Shown one piece after another: positions 47,769-60,159 of a stretch of DNA of 64,000 bases. A program made the translations under genes and the position numbers. Each line of letters begins with the position of its first letter. The stretch's first letter is position 1. The stretch is taken from assembly GCA_963696295.1 (NCBI GenBank), contig CAVOJR010000001.1, forward strand, positions 3,168,001-3,232,000. The letters run 5' to 3'. The DNA is from an uncultured Chlamydiae bacterium (GTDB taxonomy: Bacteria > Chlamydiota > Chlamydiia > Chlamydiales > JAJFMB01). The notes below the pieces were generated by a model. The model worked only from the letters and a program-made list of their open reading frames with translations. It made no database searches and was not told where the DNA came from.

Positions 47769-48308
47769 ATGGCAATTAATAGTAATTTTGATCAAAGTTT
47801 GGCGCTGTGGAAGCAGGATTTCGCCGTTGTCGAAACCAACGTGCTTAATATCATGGATGACACCATCATTCTAACTTCCATTTCGGCCACTCTTCGCGAG
47901 CTGATGGCATGGGTTCAAGGAATTGCCAGCTTGTCATTTGCCTGCTACTACGCGATTGAGGCTACCAAAGCCACAGCAAAAGAAAAAGAGAAGTTAAATC
48001 AACAGGCGGCTGATTGCCTGGGTATTACCAAACACGCCGTTTTAAATCATGGTCGCGCGATGGTCGCCGCCGTTCCGCTGATCGGCGCTATCTCCCTGCT
48101 CGCTTATGACTGGATCCTGAAGGAGCGCCTCAAGTATGAGGGTGAATCTGCCAATCCTATCAAAGACAAGATTGTTAAAGCCTATACCGATTATGCGCCG
48201 CCGGTAATCGAAGCAGCCAAGCCCTACGCGGCAGAGGCTCAAAAGAATCTTTACGACTATTCCAAAGCAGCTGAAGCCAGAGTCAAAGTGATGGTAGCGT
48301 CGCGCTAA
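47769..48308 (+). CDS. hypothetical protein with two hydrophobic segments
   Basis: Strong AGGAGG RBS; AT-rich upstream region. Confidence 0.8.
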   Translation: MAINSNFDQSLALWKQDFAVVETNVLNIMDDTIILTSISATLRELMAWVQGIASLSFACYYAIEATKATAKEKEKLNQQAADCLGITKHAVLNHGRAMVAAVPLIGAISLLAYDWILKERLKYEGESANPIKDKIVKAYTDYAPPVIEAAKPYAAEAQKNLYDYSKAAEARVKVMVASR

Positions 48309-50392
48309 TTGGTTTGAGATTTTTTGTGAAGACGGTTTAAGAAGCTGCGGAACTGCCTGGTTTGCCGCACGCCTTCCAGCCAGTCGTCATGCATGACATC
48401 GTCCATCGGCGGGAGACCGCCGGTTTTTTCCGCTTTTTCCAAATAGAGGATCGCATTCTTGATTTGACCGCACAAAGAATAAAGGCAGGCTAAATTGTAG
48501 AAGGCTTGCGGGCTGCCCAAAGAAGCCGCCATAACGAGTTTCTTTTCAGCCAGGCAGTAGAGCTGGTAGCTCTCTTCGGGCTGAGCGGGATCATTAATGG
48601 CGAGCGCCAAATGGATGAGAGTCACTCCCCAATCATGCAGAGCCATCTCATCTTCGGCATCCTGCTGATAAATCAGTTCGAAATGCTCTAACGCCCGGTA
48701 AAAGGCATTGATGTCGGCGCACACATCCCCCTGATGGGAATAGGCGAGGGCCAAATGATAGCGCACAGGGGTGCTCACAGGATCCCCTTCCAGCAATCGC
48801 TCCAATATCCGGATCGACTTCTCAAAGTAATTGCCGTCTTCATAAAAATCCCCTAGCAGATCGAGGATGCAGGCATAATGGTATAAAATCTCGGGATCGT
48901 AAAACTCTATTTCATCCAGATCATTGTAATAGGCAATGGCCTGCTCCAATTTTTGCTTCGCAGATTCCAGCATATCCACATCATCGTGAATCTCCGAGAG
49001 CCTCATCAAGACAATAGCCCAGTCGCACCAGAATTGGGGGGCCAGCTGTCCGCCGAATTCGACGACCCTGGCGCAAAACTTATCGGCCAGCTCCAACATT
49101 TTTTTATCGCGCAGCATCTCTCCAATGGCGTGATGAGAGAGGGCCAGCCCATACCAAAGCAGGGAATCCTTGGCATTCCTTTTCAGTCCGGAGCGGAATT
49201 TTTCAATCGCTTTGAGATAGTATTCCTCTTCATCGAAATAGCGGCCGAGCTCATTATAGCAAGTACCGAAAAAATACCAGGTGATTGGATCTTTGGCGTC
49301 CAGTTCCGAGCTCTTGATGAATTTTTTTTCCGCTTCTTTGAGCAAAGTCAAATTCTCGGTGTAGACGCCGCAGAGCATCAGGGCTTCACCCAAGCAGCGC
49401 AATATCTGGGGGTGATTCGGCTCAAAAAAGTCAGCGCGCCGAAATTTTTGGATGGCTGATTGCAAAAGCTGCTCATTTTTTTGGAATTTTCCAAGCGTGG
49501 CATGCAAAGTGCCCCATTTTAACCAAAGAATCCCATATTCAGATTCTATCTTCGACGCCTGCTCATAACATTCCGTGGCGGAATAAAAATGCTCTTCCTT
49601 CTGATCCAGCAAAAAAATGTGATGATAAGTACAGGCTAAATTATACCATCCTTCGAAATAGTCCGGATCCTGCTTGACGGCTCGCCGGTAGAGGTGGATC
49701 GCTTCGTAATACCCTTTGGTTTGACCGCAAAGGCAGGTGTGTTCGACAAGAGCGTTGCCGTAATCGTTCCAAAATTCTTTCTTTTTACAAGAGAGTTTAG
49801 CGGTCTGCTGGTATTTTTCCAGAGAACGGCGAAAATCGGTGATCTCGCCTGAGGCTTTTCCATATAAAAACCAGCAAAGGCCCCACCGCCAGTAGCAATC
49901 CGAGAGAGTTTCCTTGTCTAATTCCTGGCAGAGCTGGCAGGCTTTGTCAAATAATTTATCCGCTTGCTGGAAAGCCTTTAAATCGCGGTTCAATACGCCT
50001 ATGCGGGACCAGGTGCAGGCCCATTCATACCAGGCGGGATAAAATCCGGGATCCATCACAGAGGATTTTTCGAGAGCGTCGGCTGCCTGATAGAGGAAGT
50101 GGACATTCTCTTCGTGCCTGGATAAAGCCAGGCCTTTGCGATACAAAACGCGAGAGCTGGCGGGCGCTACCTGGAGAGCGAGTTCAAAACATTCATTGGC
50201 TAATTTTTTTTCCTGTTTTAACTGGTGATCCCCATGCATGACAAAGAGGAGGCCCAAAAGCTCCCTCTCTTCGGAGTTAAGAGATTCCCAGCTCTTCGGA
50301 TCGCGATAGGCTGCCAAAGATTCGAAAGCCTCATTCCTGCGGATCTCTTCCAAATTTTTCTTATTAATTGACTCACTCATGCAAAATTTCAC
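48305..50392 (-). CDS. tetratricopeptide repeat protein
   Basis: Repeated W..WG..L / WYNLAC motifs, C-terminal YNLACLYSL. Confidence 0.88.
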   Translation of the reverse strand: MKFCMSESINKKNLEEIRRNEAFESLAAYRDPKSWESLNSEERELLGLLFVMHGDHQLKQEKKLANECFELALQVAPASSRVLYRKGLALSRHEENVHFLYQAADALEKSSVMDPGFYPAWYEWACTWSRIGVLNRDLKAFQQADKLFDKACQLCQELDKETLSDCYWRWGLCWFLYGKASGEITDFRRSLEKYQQTAKLSCKKKEFWNDYGNALVEHTCLCGQTKGYYEAIHLYRRAVKQDPDYFEGWYNLACTYHHIFLLDQKEEHFYSATECYEQASKIESEYGILWLKWGTLHATLGKFQKNEQLLQSAIQKFRRADFFEPNHPQILRCLGEALMLCGVYTENLTLLKEAEKKFIKSSELDAKDPITWYFFGTCYNELGRYFDEEEYYLKAIEKFRSGLKRNAKDSLLWYGLALSHHAIGEMLRDKKMLELADKFCARVVEFGGQLAPQFWCDWAIVLMRLSEIHDDVDMLESAKQKLEQAIAYYNDLDEIEFYDPEILYHYACILDLLGDFYEDGNYFEKSIRILERLLEGDPVSTPVRYHLALAYSHQGDVCADINAFYRALEHFELIYQQDAEDEMALHDWGVTLIHLALAINDPAQPEESYQLYCLAEKKLVMAASLGSPQAFYNLACLYSLCGQIKNAILYLEKAEKTGGLPPMDDVMHDDWLEGVRQTRQFRSFLNRLHKKSQTN

Positions 50393-50414
50393 TCAATGGT
50401 AAAACCTTATCATA

Positions 50415-52487
<2,073 letters not shown>

Positions 52488-52640
52488 AGGGTGGTCTCAA
52501 TTTTATTAAAATTTCAATGATCTTCATGTTTACCATCTAATTTGCCGAAATACAACCCTTATTTTCGCTTACCCTAGCGCCTCTAAAAAAAATTGGGTTG
52601 CAACTAGATAAATATCTTGAGTTTTTATTAAATTCCGATT

Positions 52641-55600
52641 ATGAATCATTCTGACATGAATGCCAATATGTGGGAAAAACCTATGCAAAACAATGCTCAT
52701 GCACCTGAAAAATCGTTCAAAAAGAAAAATTCCATGACCCTTGTCTTATTGAGCCTTACCGTGATACTGCTCATCTGCCTCATCGGTTACGACATAATGA
52801 AAGAGAACTGGTCTCCCAGCGTTTATGCGGAAAAGAAAGTAAAATCAAAAAGACCCCTGCGCATCATCTCCGATAACGGAGATCCCCAAAAAACAGCTCC
52901 GGCAATGAAAAAAAATCTGAGCAAATCCCGCTTAAAAGATTATCCCGAAAAGCAAAGCTTGCCGGACTTGGAAAAGTCGATCATAGCCAATGAATTTTTA
53001 CACAATAAAGCGCATTCGACCATAAGGAATTTGGAAAAAGAACTGGAACTCGCGCACAAAAAGATTGAATCATTTGACTATGCCCTTGACACCTTGACGA
53101 ATAAAATTGAATTGACCCGTGCGGAAAAAGAGCGGCTGGAGAATCAATACCAGACTCAGCTCGCTCAGGTTCAGGATCAAAATATTCAGGAAAAAGAGGA
53201 GCTGAAAAACTCCCTTCAAGAGAGTATTTCAAACCAATATTTGCTCAAAAAAGCGATTGAAGAAAAAATTGCGGTCATTACCGATTTGACGGAGCAGTTG
53301 TCAAAACAAAGATTGAACATTGAAGAGCAATCCAAGGAAGTGCAGGCGCTAGCCCAGAAACTGCAAAGCGCTAATGCCGCATTGGAATTTGAAAAAGCGC
53401 AAAATATTTGTCTGAAAGGGGAATTAACAAAGTCGCAGCAAAATACCGAGGAAGCTCATGCCAGACTTATGGAAGCTCATGCCGGTCTTGCCGAATACGA
53501 AGTCAAATTCGGCGAAGCGAAGAACGAAGAGAAACTGCTGTTAGAATCAATCGATCAGCTCAGCACAGTTGCGGCTATGAAAAATTTTGAAATCAATTCC
53601 CTGATTGACAGTTTTTCAGAAGCCAAAAAAGAAATGAATATGGAACTTCAGGACATGGTTTTCTTTCTTAATTGGGAAAAAAACCACGCCCAAAATCTCC
53701 ATCATCAACTACAGGTCGCTTTAGAAAAATACGAAAATGAAAAGCAGCTTATTAACCAAATGGAAGTAAGGCTGTCAGATGCATTGCAGCAGATCCAGGC
53801 TTCCGAAGAAATAATAAGCGCTGATAAAGCCCGCGCTTCTGCCCGCGAGATGGAGGTTCAATATGAACTCGCCGCCATGGTGCAGTCCAAAAATGACACT
53901 TTGCAAAAAGTGGGCAATCTGAGCGAGCTCTTTCAATTAGAGCATCTGGTCGTTGAAAGCACTTTGAAAAAACTGGAAGTGGAAAAAACTCGCACGGAAT
54001 TCCTGCATAACAAGCTCAAGGAAGCGAGGAGCCGCACCAGCGAGCTGGAGTCGGAACTCGCCGATCAAAGCATCTATTTCAACCGCAAAGAAGTCGAACT
54101 CGTCGAAGGAATGCAAAACCTGAAAACTTCCCTGCAAAAAGAGAGGGAAGCAGTAGAGAATTTGAGCGAAAATCTGAAACAGGTGACTTTGGCTCTCAAC
54201 AGCGAAAGAAAACAAGTCCTGGATATGCAGGAAGTAATGGTCCTTGCCATGGAAAAATCGCTTAGCCTGGAAGAGGAGCTCACTTATGAGCGCAGCCTGC
54301 TTGCCGCCAAGGATAATGAAATCATACAGACCCGGCAGTCTTTAAACGAGGAGCACGCCCGCTCCGATGAGGCTTTTGCCACTTTGCGCGAAGCTCGCGG
54401 ACAAATAGAGTCAAAACAATTGCAGATAGCCAATTTAGAGAGCCAAATCCAGGAAGAGAAACAGAAAATTTCATTTTTAGAGACTCAGCTCGGTAATCAA
54501 TTTGCCCACATGACGCAAAAAGAAAAAGAGTATGAAACGACCATTAAAGATTTAAGCGACGGGTTGCAAAATCAAAAAATGAGAACCCTGGACCTCTATG
54601 TTTCCCTTGAAGACACTGTCAGGCAATACTTCAATGACAAGAATCTGCTTATGGATTTGGAAAAGCAGTTGAGTGAAAGAGATCATAAAGTACATTCCTA
54701 CGAAACGGAAATCGCAGAGCTTCGCATGCACTTTGACGAAAAAGAATCGGAATTGATGACTATCATCGAAGACCTGAAGTTTTCCGTGCAAACGGAAGAA
54801 ACCAGAGCCACCGACTTCTCCGACGCCCTGCAAGAAGCCGTAGCCTTGCAATTCGCCGAAGAGCAAAAAGCGGCGGAGCTGGAATTCAGGCTTTTCAACG
54901 CATTAGAAAAAACCAGTAAATTGGAAAACAACCTCGTAGAAACACAGCAGATCCTCGCCAAAAAAGATCTGGAACTCACGGAGCGCAGCCAGTTTGTCGA
55001 ACCTGAAAAAGTAAAACAGCTGGAATCCTCCCTTGAAGCCGCGCTTAGCCAGGCGAAGAATTTTGAACAGGAACTCAATGAAAAAAGATTGCAAATCCTT
55101 TACCGGGAACAAGACCAGCACCTATTGGCCAGTCAATTGCAGGCCGAGCAGTCCAAAACTGAACAGATGCAGGAAAATTTAAAAGCGGCCTTGGACAAAA
55201 CCAATATTCTCGAAGGCGAACTGCAGACCCAGCGCTTTCTCTTGACCCAAAAAGAGCAAGAGATGATGGAGCTGAAGCTGGGCTCGATCGATCTTTTGCA
55301 AAAAGATAAAGATCAGATTCAAGAATTGGAAGACAAACTCAGCCACTCCCTGGAAAATAGCCGCACTTTAGAACTTGAGTTAAATACCCAGCAAACCCAA
55401 ATGCTCCAAAAAGAACAGGAAATAAGGCTTAGCCAAGAAGAGGCGCAAGCATCTTTGGCTCTTGAAAGAGAACGGGTAAAAGAACTGGAAGAGCAATTAA
55501 CGTATATCCAGGGAAAAGCAAACTTGCTGGAACAGGAGCTCTTCGAGCAGTTGGCTCTGATGGCTGATAAAGAAAATCAAATGCAAATCACCCTGAAGAA

Positions 55601-58600
55601 AAGTCAGGATCATTCCCAAGAGCTGGAAAATAAACTCGCAGTCTACAGCATGCAAGCTGAGGCGTTGCAAAACAATCTGCAGGAGCTGAATAAATTAGTA
55701 GCGGTCAAAGAACAGGAAATCCATCAGCTTGACTCCTTGAAAATAGATCAGATAAAGCTCAAGGAATTGGAAGAGGCCCTCTCCATAACCGAAAAAAAAA
55801 ACCAAAATGTTGCTGATTCTCTAAAAGAGCAAACCGCGCTGGTGACAAGGCTGGAGCAGGAGCTGCAAGCCACCAAGTTTCAACACATCTTAGAATTAGA
55901 TGAGGAGAACGGTCGCTCGGCCGCGCTGGAAGCCCAGCTCTATACCTTCCGCGAACAGACCGGCGCTTTGAAAAAAGAGCTTAGCCTGCAACAGCAAAAA
56001 GAGGAGTCGTTAAAGAATCGGGAGCTTGAACTTGATTATGTGCTGAGCCAAGCCCATAGAAAGCAAGAAGAGCTGGAAGAGCAGCTTAGCATTACTGTTG
56101 CCCGGTTAGATATCTTCGATAGCGAACTTCTAGAGCAAAAAGAGTTGATTCAATCCAAAGAAAAAGAGCTGCTCGCTTATCAGGAAAGCTTACAATCGGC
56201 TTTTGCAGAAGAAAAAGAGCAGCTTCAAGAGCAAATCGCCAAATTGGAATCGGATCTCGCCTATTTTCGGGATTCAGAACAAGCAAGGGAAAATGCTTTC
56301 GCTTACATGCAAGAAAATTGCCGCCAGCTTGAAAGTGAGAAAGCTCTTTTTTTAAGCCAGCTGAAAGAGTTGCAGGAAGATCGCAAAAACATCTCGGAGG
56401 CGCTTCTTTTGGAGCGAGCTCAATTAAATACTTTGCAAGATCACGCGGCGTACATTGAAAAGCAGTGGAATGAGCAATGCACTTTAATTTCGTTCCAGGA
56501 AAACGCATTGACACAGGAAAAGCGGCGCGCCCAGCAATTGGAAGCTTTGGCCACCGAATTGCAGGACCGCAAACTTTCCCTGGAAACGGAACTCGGGGAG
56601 ATCCAGAGCCAATACGCCTATCTGGAACAAACCTCCCAAAAACAACTCCTTGAAACAACTCATGCCCTTGCTCAAGAGAAGAAGCGCGCTGAAGAAATCG
56701 AAAGCCAGCTTTCCGATTTGCAGGAACAGAGAAATTTCATAAAAATGGAATTGACAGAGCAGCAAACTCTTGTCGCCTCCTATTTGATGGAAGAACAGGC
56801 TGCCCGCCAATATAGAACTGAGCTGGAAAGCAGGCTTGAAACCCTGCAATCCCTCGCTTCCACGCTGGAAAAAGATTTAGCCGAGCAACACGGCAACTAC
56901 CTGGAAATGGCTGATAAACGGGAAGCTGAACAGCTGTATACCAGGTCGCTTGAAACTCAATACGCTAATTTGCAAACACAGGTAAACTCTTTAGAGAGTG
57001 ATTTGGCTGAGCGCAAAATGATCTCTTTAAACCAGGCTCTGGAACTGGAAAATAAGGATGAGTTAAATGCTTTGGTAGAATCTTTGAAAAAATATAGTTC
57101 CAATTTAGAAAAAGAACTCTCAAGCCAAACCGCTCTGGTCGCTTTAAAAGAAACGGAGTTAGAGCAAATCATTCAGCAAGCCAATAACTTGAAGCACCAG
57201 CATCTGATTCAATATCAAGAAATAGAGGAGAGGTTGAGCATTGCGATTTCTAAGGCGATTATCTTTGAAAGCGAATTAGATGAGCAGCGCAGCATACTCG
57301 TCTCTCAGGAAGCAAAAGCAAAGGAAAAAGCGGATGCTTTGCTGCGCGAGCAGAAAAAAGCAGAAGAATTAGCAAGTTCGCTAACCATAGCTCAGGCGTA
57401 TGCCAAAAATATAGAGATGGAGTTCAGCATACAAGAGAAGCAATTGCAAAGCCGCTTGCAAGAAGCGGAAATAGCCGTGCAAAATGAAAGAGCCGGAAGA
57501 GCGCAGCTGGAAATGAAGCTCACGGAAGCTTTAGAATACACCTCTATGCTTGAAAGCGGCCTTACTGATAAAGAGCAGGAATTGGCTTCCCGCCAAGCTC
57601 AAAGTAATCAATATCAAAGCCGCCTGCAAGAAACGGAGAAGAAGCTCTCGGAAACCTTAGAATACACCTCTATGCTTGAAAACGGCCAACAGGAATTGGC
57701 TTCCCGTCAAAATGAGTATCAAAGCCGCCTGCAGGAATCGGAGAAGAAACTCTCCGAAGCTTTAGAATACACCTCTATGCTTGAAAGCGGCCAACAGGAA
57801 TTGGCTTCCCGTCAAAATGAGTATCAAAGCCGCCTGCAGGATTCGGAGAAGAAGCTCTCCGAAGCTTTAGAATACACCTCTTTGCTTGAAAGCGGCCAAC
57901 AGGAATTGGCTTCCCGTCAAAATGAGTATCAACTCCGCCTGCAAGAAGCGGAGAAGAAGCTCTCTGAAACCTTAGAATACACCTCTATGCTTGAAAGCGG
58001 CCTCTCTGATAAAGAGCAGGAATTGGCTTCCCGCCAAAATCTGGAGAAGGAGCTCGCGGCGCAACAGTCAGTATTAAACAAGGAGCATCAGGAGCTTGAG
58101 CTTGCCCTAAGCCGTCTTTCTGCGCTCCAAGAAGAATTGAAGGCCGCGCAAACTGCTTTGAAGGAAAATGCTCAAGATGTCGCCATTCAAAGGCTAAAGC
58201 TGGATCTCTATCAGGAGCAAGCTTATGCCGAAAGCATCTATGAAACACTAAAAGAGACTTTATCAAAGTATGACTCCGAACAGCTGTATTCTCAAAAACT
58301 GGAAGAGCAGCTAAAAGCAGCGGCAACGCAGATGATCGAAACTCAAAAGCAGCTGGAGCAACAGCAAGCCTTTATGAGCTCAAGAGACGCCGAGCTGCAA
58401 TTTATGATAGATCAATACGCCCTTGCCAACGGCGATTTAATGAATCAAATCGATGAGATGAAGAGGATGTTGGATCAAGAGCAAATGGCAAGAGAGGGTC
58501 TGGCAGCCGAGCTGCAGGAAGCGATGAGCAATATGGTTCAAGAGCAGCAATACCGGCAGGAACTGGAACGGAAAGTAATGGAATTGACGCCAAAAGACGC

Positions 58601-58619
58601 GATGACATCCGCGGAGTAA
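52641..58619 (+). CDS. giant membrane-anchored coiled-coil protein, 1992 aa
   Basis: One N-terminal TM helix (LVLLSLTVILLICLIGY), then E/Q/L/K-rich heptads nearly devoid of Pro. Confidence 0.9.
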   Translation: MNHSDMNANMWEKPMQNNAHAPEKSFKKKNSMTLVLLSLTVILLICLIGYDIMKENWSPSVYAEKKVKSKRPLRIISDNGDPQKTAPAMKKNLSKSRLKDYPEKQSLPDLEKSIIANEFLHNKAHSTIRNLEKELELAHKKIESFDYALDTLTNKIELTRAEKERLENQYQTQLAQVQDQNIQEKEELKNSLQESISNQYLLKKAIEEKIAVITDLTEQLSKQRLNIEEQSKEVQALAQKLQSANAALEFEKAQNICLKGELTKSQQNTEEAHARLMEAHAGLAEYEVKFGEAKNEEKLLLESIDQLSTVAAMKNFEINSLIDSFSEAKKEMNMELQDMVFFLNWEKNHAQNLHHQLQVALEKYENEKQLINQMEVRLSDALQQIQASEEIISADKARASAREMEVQYELAAMVQSKNDTLQKVGNLSELFQLEHLVVESTLKKLEVEKTRTEFLHNKLKEARSRTSELESELADQSIYFNRKEVELVEGMQNLKTSLQKEREAVENLSENLKQVTLALNSERKQVLDMQEVMVLAMEKSLSLEEELTYERSLLAAKDNEIIQTRQSLNEEHARSDEAFATLREARGQIESKQLQIANLESQIQEEKQKISFLETQLGNQFAHMTQKEKEYETTIKDLSDGLQNQKMRTLDLYVSLEDTVRQYFNDKNLLMDLEKQLSERDHKVHSYETEIAELRMHFDEKESELMTIIEDLKFSVQTEETRATDFSDALQEAVALQFAEEQKAAELEFRLFNALEKTSKLENNLVETQQILAKKDLELTERSQFVEPEKVKQLESSLEAALSQAKNFEQELNEKRLQILYREQDQHLLASQLQAEQSKTEQMQENLKAALDKTNILEGELQTQRFLLTQKEQEMMELKLGSIDLLQKDKDQIQELEDKLSHSLENSRTLELELNTQQTQMLQKEQEIRLSQEEAQASLALERERVKELEEQLTYIQGKANLLEQELFEQLALMADKENQMQITLKKSQDHSQELENKLAVYSMQAEALQNNLQELNKLVAVKEQEIHQLDSLKIDQIKLKELEEALSITEKKNQNVADSLKEQTALVTRLEQELQATKFQHILELDEENGRSAALEAQLYTFREQTGALKKELSLQQQKEESLKNRELELDYVLSQAHRKQEELEEQLSITVARLDIFDSELLEQKELIQSKEKELLAYQESLQSAFAEEKEQLQEQIAKLESDLAYFRDSEQARENAFAYMQENCRQLESEKALFLSQLKELQEDRKNISEALLLERAQLNTLQDHAAYIEKQWNEQCTLISFQENALTQEKRRAQQLEALATELQDRKLSLETELGEIQSQYAYLEQTSQKQLLETTHALAQEKKRAEEIESQLSDLQEQRNFIKMELTEQQTLVASYLMEEQAARQYRTELESRLETLQSLASTLEKDLAEQHGNYLEMADKREAEQLYTRSLETQYANLQTQVNSLESDLAERKMISLNQALELENKDELNALVESLKKYSSNLEKELSSQTALVALKETELEQIIQQANNLKHQHLIQYQEIEERLSIAISKAIIFESELDEQRSILVSQEAKAKEKADALLREQKKAEELASSLTIAQAYAKNIEMEFSIQEKQLQSRLQEAEIAVQNERAGRAQLEMKLTEALEYTSMLESGLTDKEQELASRQAQSNQYQSRLQETEKKLSETLEYTSMLENGQQELASRQNEYQSRLQESEKKLSEALEYTSMLESGQQELASRQNEYQSRLQDSEKKLSEALEYTSLLESGQQELASRQNEYQLRLQEAEKKLSETLEYTSMLESGLSDKEQELASRQNLEKELAAQQSVLNKEHQELELALSRLSALQEELKAAQTALKENAQDVAIQRLKLDLYQEQAYAESIYETLKETLSKYDSEQLYSQKLEEQLKAAATQMIETQKQLEQQQAFMSSRDAELQFMIDQYALANGDLMNQIDEMKRMLDQEQMAREGLAAELQEAMSNMVQEQQYRQELERKVMELTPKDAMTSAE
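57516..58037 (+). repeat. intragenic tandem repeat, 105/126-bp units
   Basis: TTAGAATACACCTC at 57531, 57657, 57762, 57867, 57972. Confidence 0.93.
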
Positions 58620-58628
58620 TTTAAGGTC

Positions 58629-58657
58629 TTGACCTAAAGCGGAGGACCTGTTAGAAT
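58629..58657 (+). promoter_or_regulatory. tRNA-Leu promoter
   Basis: TTGACC-17-TAGAAT. Confidence 0.8.
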
Positions 58658-59531
58658 GTTTATTTCTTGTACCCAGGTGGTGGAATTGGTAGACACGCCG
58701 GATTTAGGTTCCGGTGCCGCAAGGTGTGAAGGTTCGAGTCCTTTCCTGGGTATCCTATTCTTTTTTCTACTTCTTATTTTTTTTTCAACAACCGACGCTT
58801 CGACTCGAGTCTTTGTGATTACGGTCCACGTACGCAATGAAGAACACAATATGCTGTGGAGGAGATGCTACAGCTCCATCAGGGAATTTTACCCCGACGA
58901 TCCCATTGTTATTATTGAAGATAATTCTCCCTTGCCGGTTTCAGATGAGTCTCTCCATAATACCAAGATTATCCGCAGCAAATTTCCGGGAGACGGTGAA
59001 TTTTTGCCCTATTATTATTTTTTAAAGTATAGTTGGGCAGATAAAATGATTTTTCTGCATGACTCGATGTTTCTAAGGCGCCCCTTTACTAATGAAGAAT
59101 TAAACCACCCGATCAAATTTCATTGGCACTTTGAAGATCACAGGGCGGATGATGATAGGTATATAAATTTTCTTTTGCTCCATTTGAAAGAGCCCAAAGA
59201 TCTGATAAGCTATAACAAGCGCAAACATTTATGGTATGGTTGTTTCGGAGCAACAAGTATTATTGACCTGAAATTGCTAAAAAAAATTGAAAAAAAATAT
59301 GCATTTACAAATTTAATAAATTTAGTAATTAACCGAAGCTATAGAATGGCTGTAGAGCGAGTATTTGCCATTCTATTATTCAAAGAGAATTTTGTAAGAA
59401 AAAATAATTGTTCAAACTTTGGATGCATCCACGATTATCCCGATGCTTTCCAAAATGTCGATGAGGAATTGCTGGAAGATCTTAAATCAAATTACCCTGG
59501 CGCCATCCTCAAAACCTGGCATGGAAGGTAG
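58656..59531 (+). CDS. GT-A fold glycosyltransferase-like hypothetical protein; true start unresolved (frame overlaps the tRNA)
   Basis: SIREFYP..IVIIEDNS, GEFLPYYYF, IFLHDS, GCFG, ERVF, KTWHGR; AT-rich. Confidence 0.68.
   Translation: MFISCTQVVELVDTPDLGSGAARCEGSSPFLGILFFFLLLIFFSTTDASTRVFVITVHVRNEEHNMLWRRCYSSIREFYPDDPIVIIEDNSPLPVSDESLHNTKIIRSKFPGDGEFLPYYYFLKYSWADKMIFLHDSMFLRRPFTNEELNHPIKFHWHFEDHRADDDRYINFLLLHLKEPKDLISYNKRKHLWYGCFGATSIIDLKLLKKIEKKYAFTNLINLVINRSYRMAVERVFAILLFKENFVRKNNCSNFGCIHDYPDAFQNVDEELLEDLKSNYPGAILKTWHGR
58671..58752 (+). tRNA. tRNA-Leu, anticodon TAG; CCA not encoded
   Basis: Acceptor ACCCAGG/CCTGGGT, anticodon arm CCGGA-TTTAGGT-TCCGG, long variable arm, GGTTCGAGTCC T arm. 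Confidence 0.97.
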
Positions 59532-59611
59532 CTGCCTTACTGTTCAACCGGCGCCGTCCCCTGGCATGGAAGGGTGTTGCCTTTTGCTAGAATTCCTGTT
59601 AACCTGTCAGT

Positions 59612-60109
59612 ATGAAAGATTGCGTCATCGGAATCATATTTAACCGCGATAAAACAGAGGTGCTGCTCACCAAAAGGCGCGATGTGCCTATCTGGGTGCT
59701 GCCGGGGGGCGGAATTGAACCGAAAGAACCGGGCGAATTGGCCGTCATTCGCGAAGTTTCTGAAGAAACCGGATTAAATGTCGCCATCAGCCGCAAAACG
59801 GGTCACTACTTTCCCATTAATCGGCTTACCCGAACCACCCACGTCTTTGAATGCCGCGCTCTTTCAGGATCCCCCAAGTTATCCACAGAAACCAGAGATA
59901 TCGGCTTTTTTCCCTTAAGCCATCTGCCCGAAGCTTTTTTTCCTCTTCATCAGGAGTGGTTAAGCGACGCTCTGGATGAACTCACCCATCCGGTCAGGAA
60001 GCCGATTGCCAGCGTGACTTACCTGGCCATTCTAAAGTATTTTTTCAGACACCCCGTTATTGTCCTGCGCTCTCTTTTTGCCCGGCTGGGCTTTCCCATT
60101 AATAGTTGA
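59612..60109 (+). CDS. NUDIX hydrolase
   Basis: Nudix box GGGIEPKEPGELAVIREVSEETGL. Confidence 0.93.
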   Translation: MKDCVIGIIFNRDKTEVLLTKRRDVPIWVLPGGGIEPKEPGELAVIREVSEETGLNVAISRKTGHYFPINRLTRTTHVFECRALSGSPKLSTETRDIGFFPLSHLPEAFFPLHQEWLSDALDELTHPVRKPIASVTYLAILKYFFRHPVIVLRSLFARLGFPINS

Positions 60110-60159
60110 TGTAATAATTTAGCCAATCTGTTATTATTTTCCACAAAAATAATTCTTTT

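Noticed and set aside
58671..60109. Integrative element at tRNA-Leu
   Set aside because: No integrase and no duplicated tRNA 3' end (attR) seen within the window
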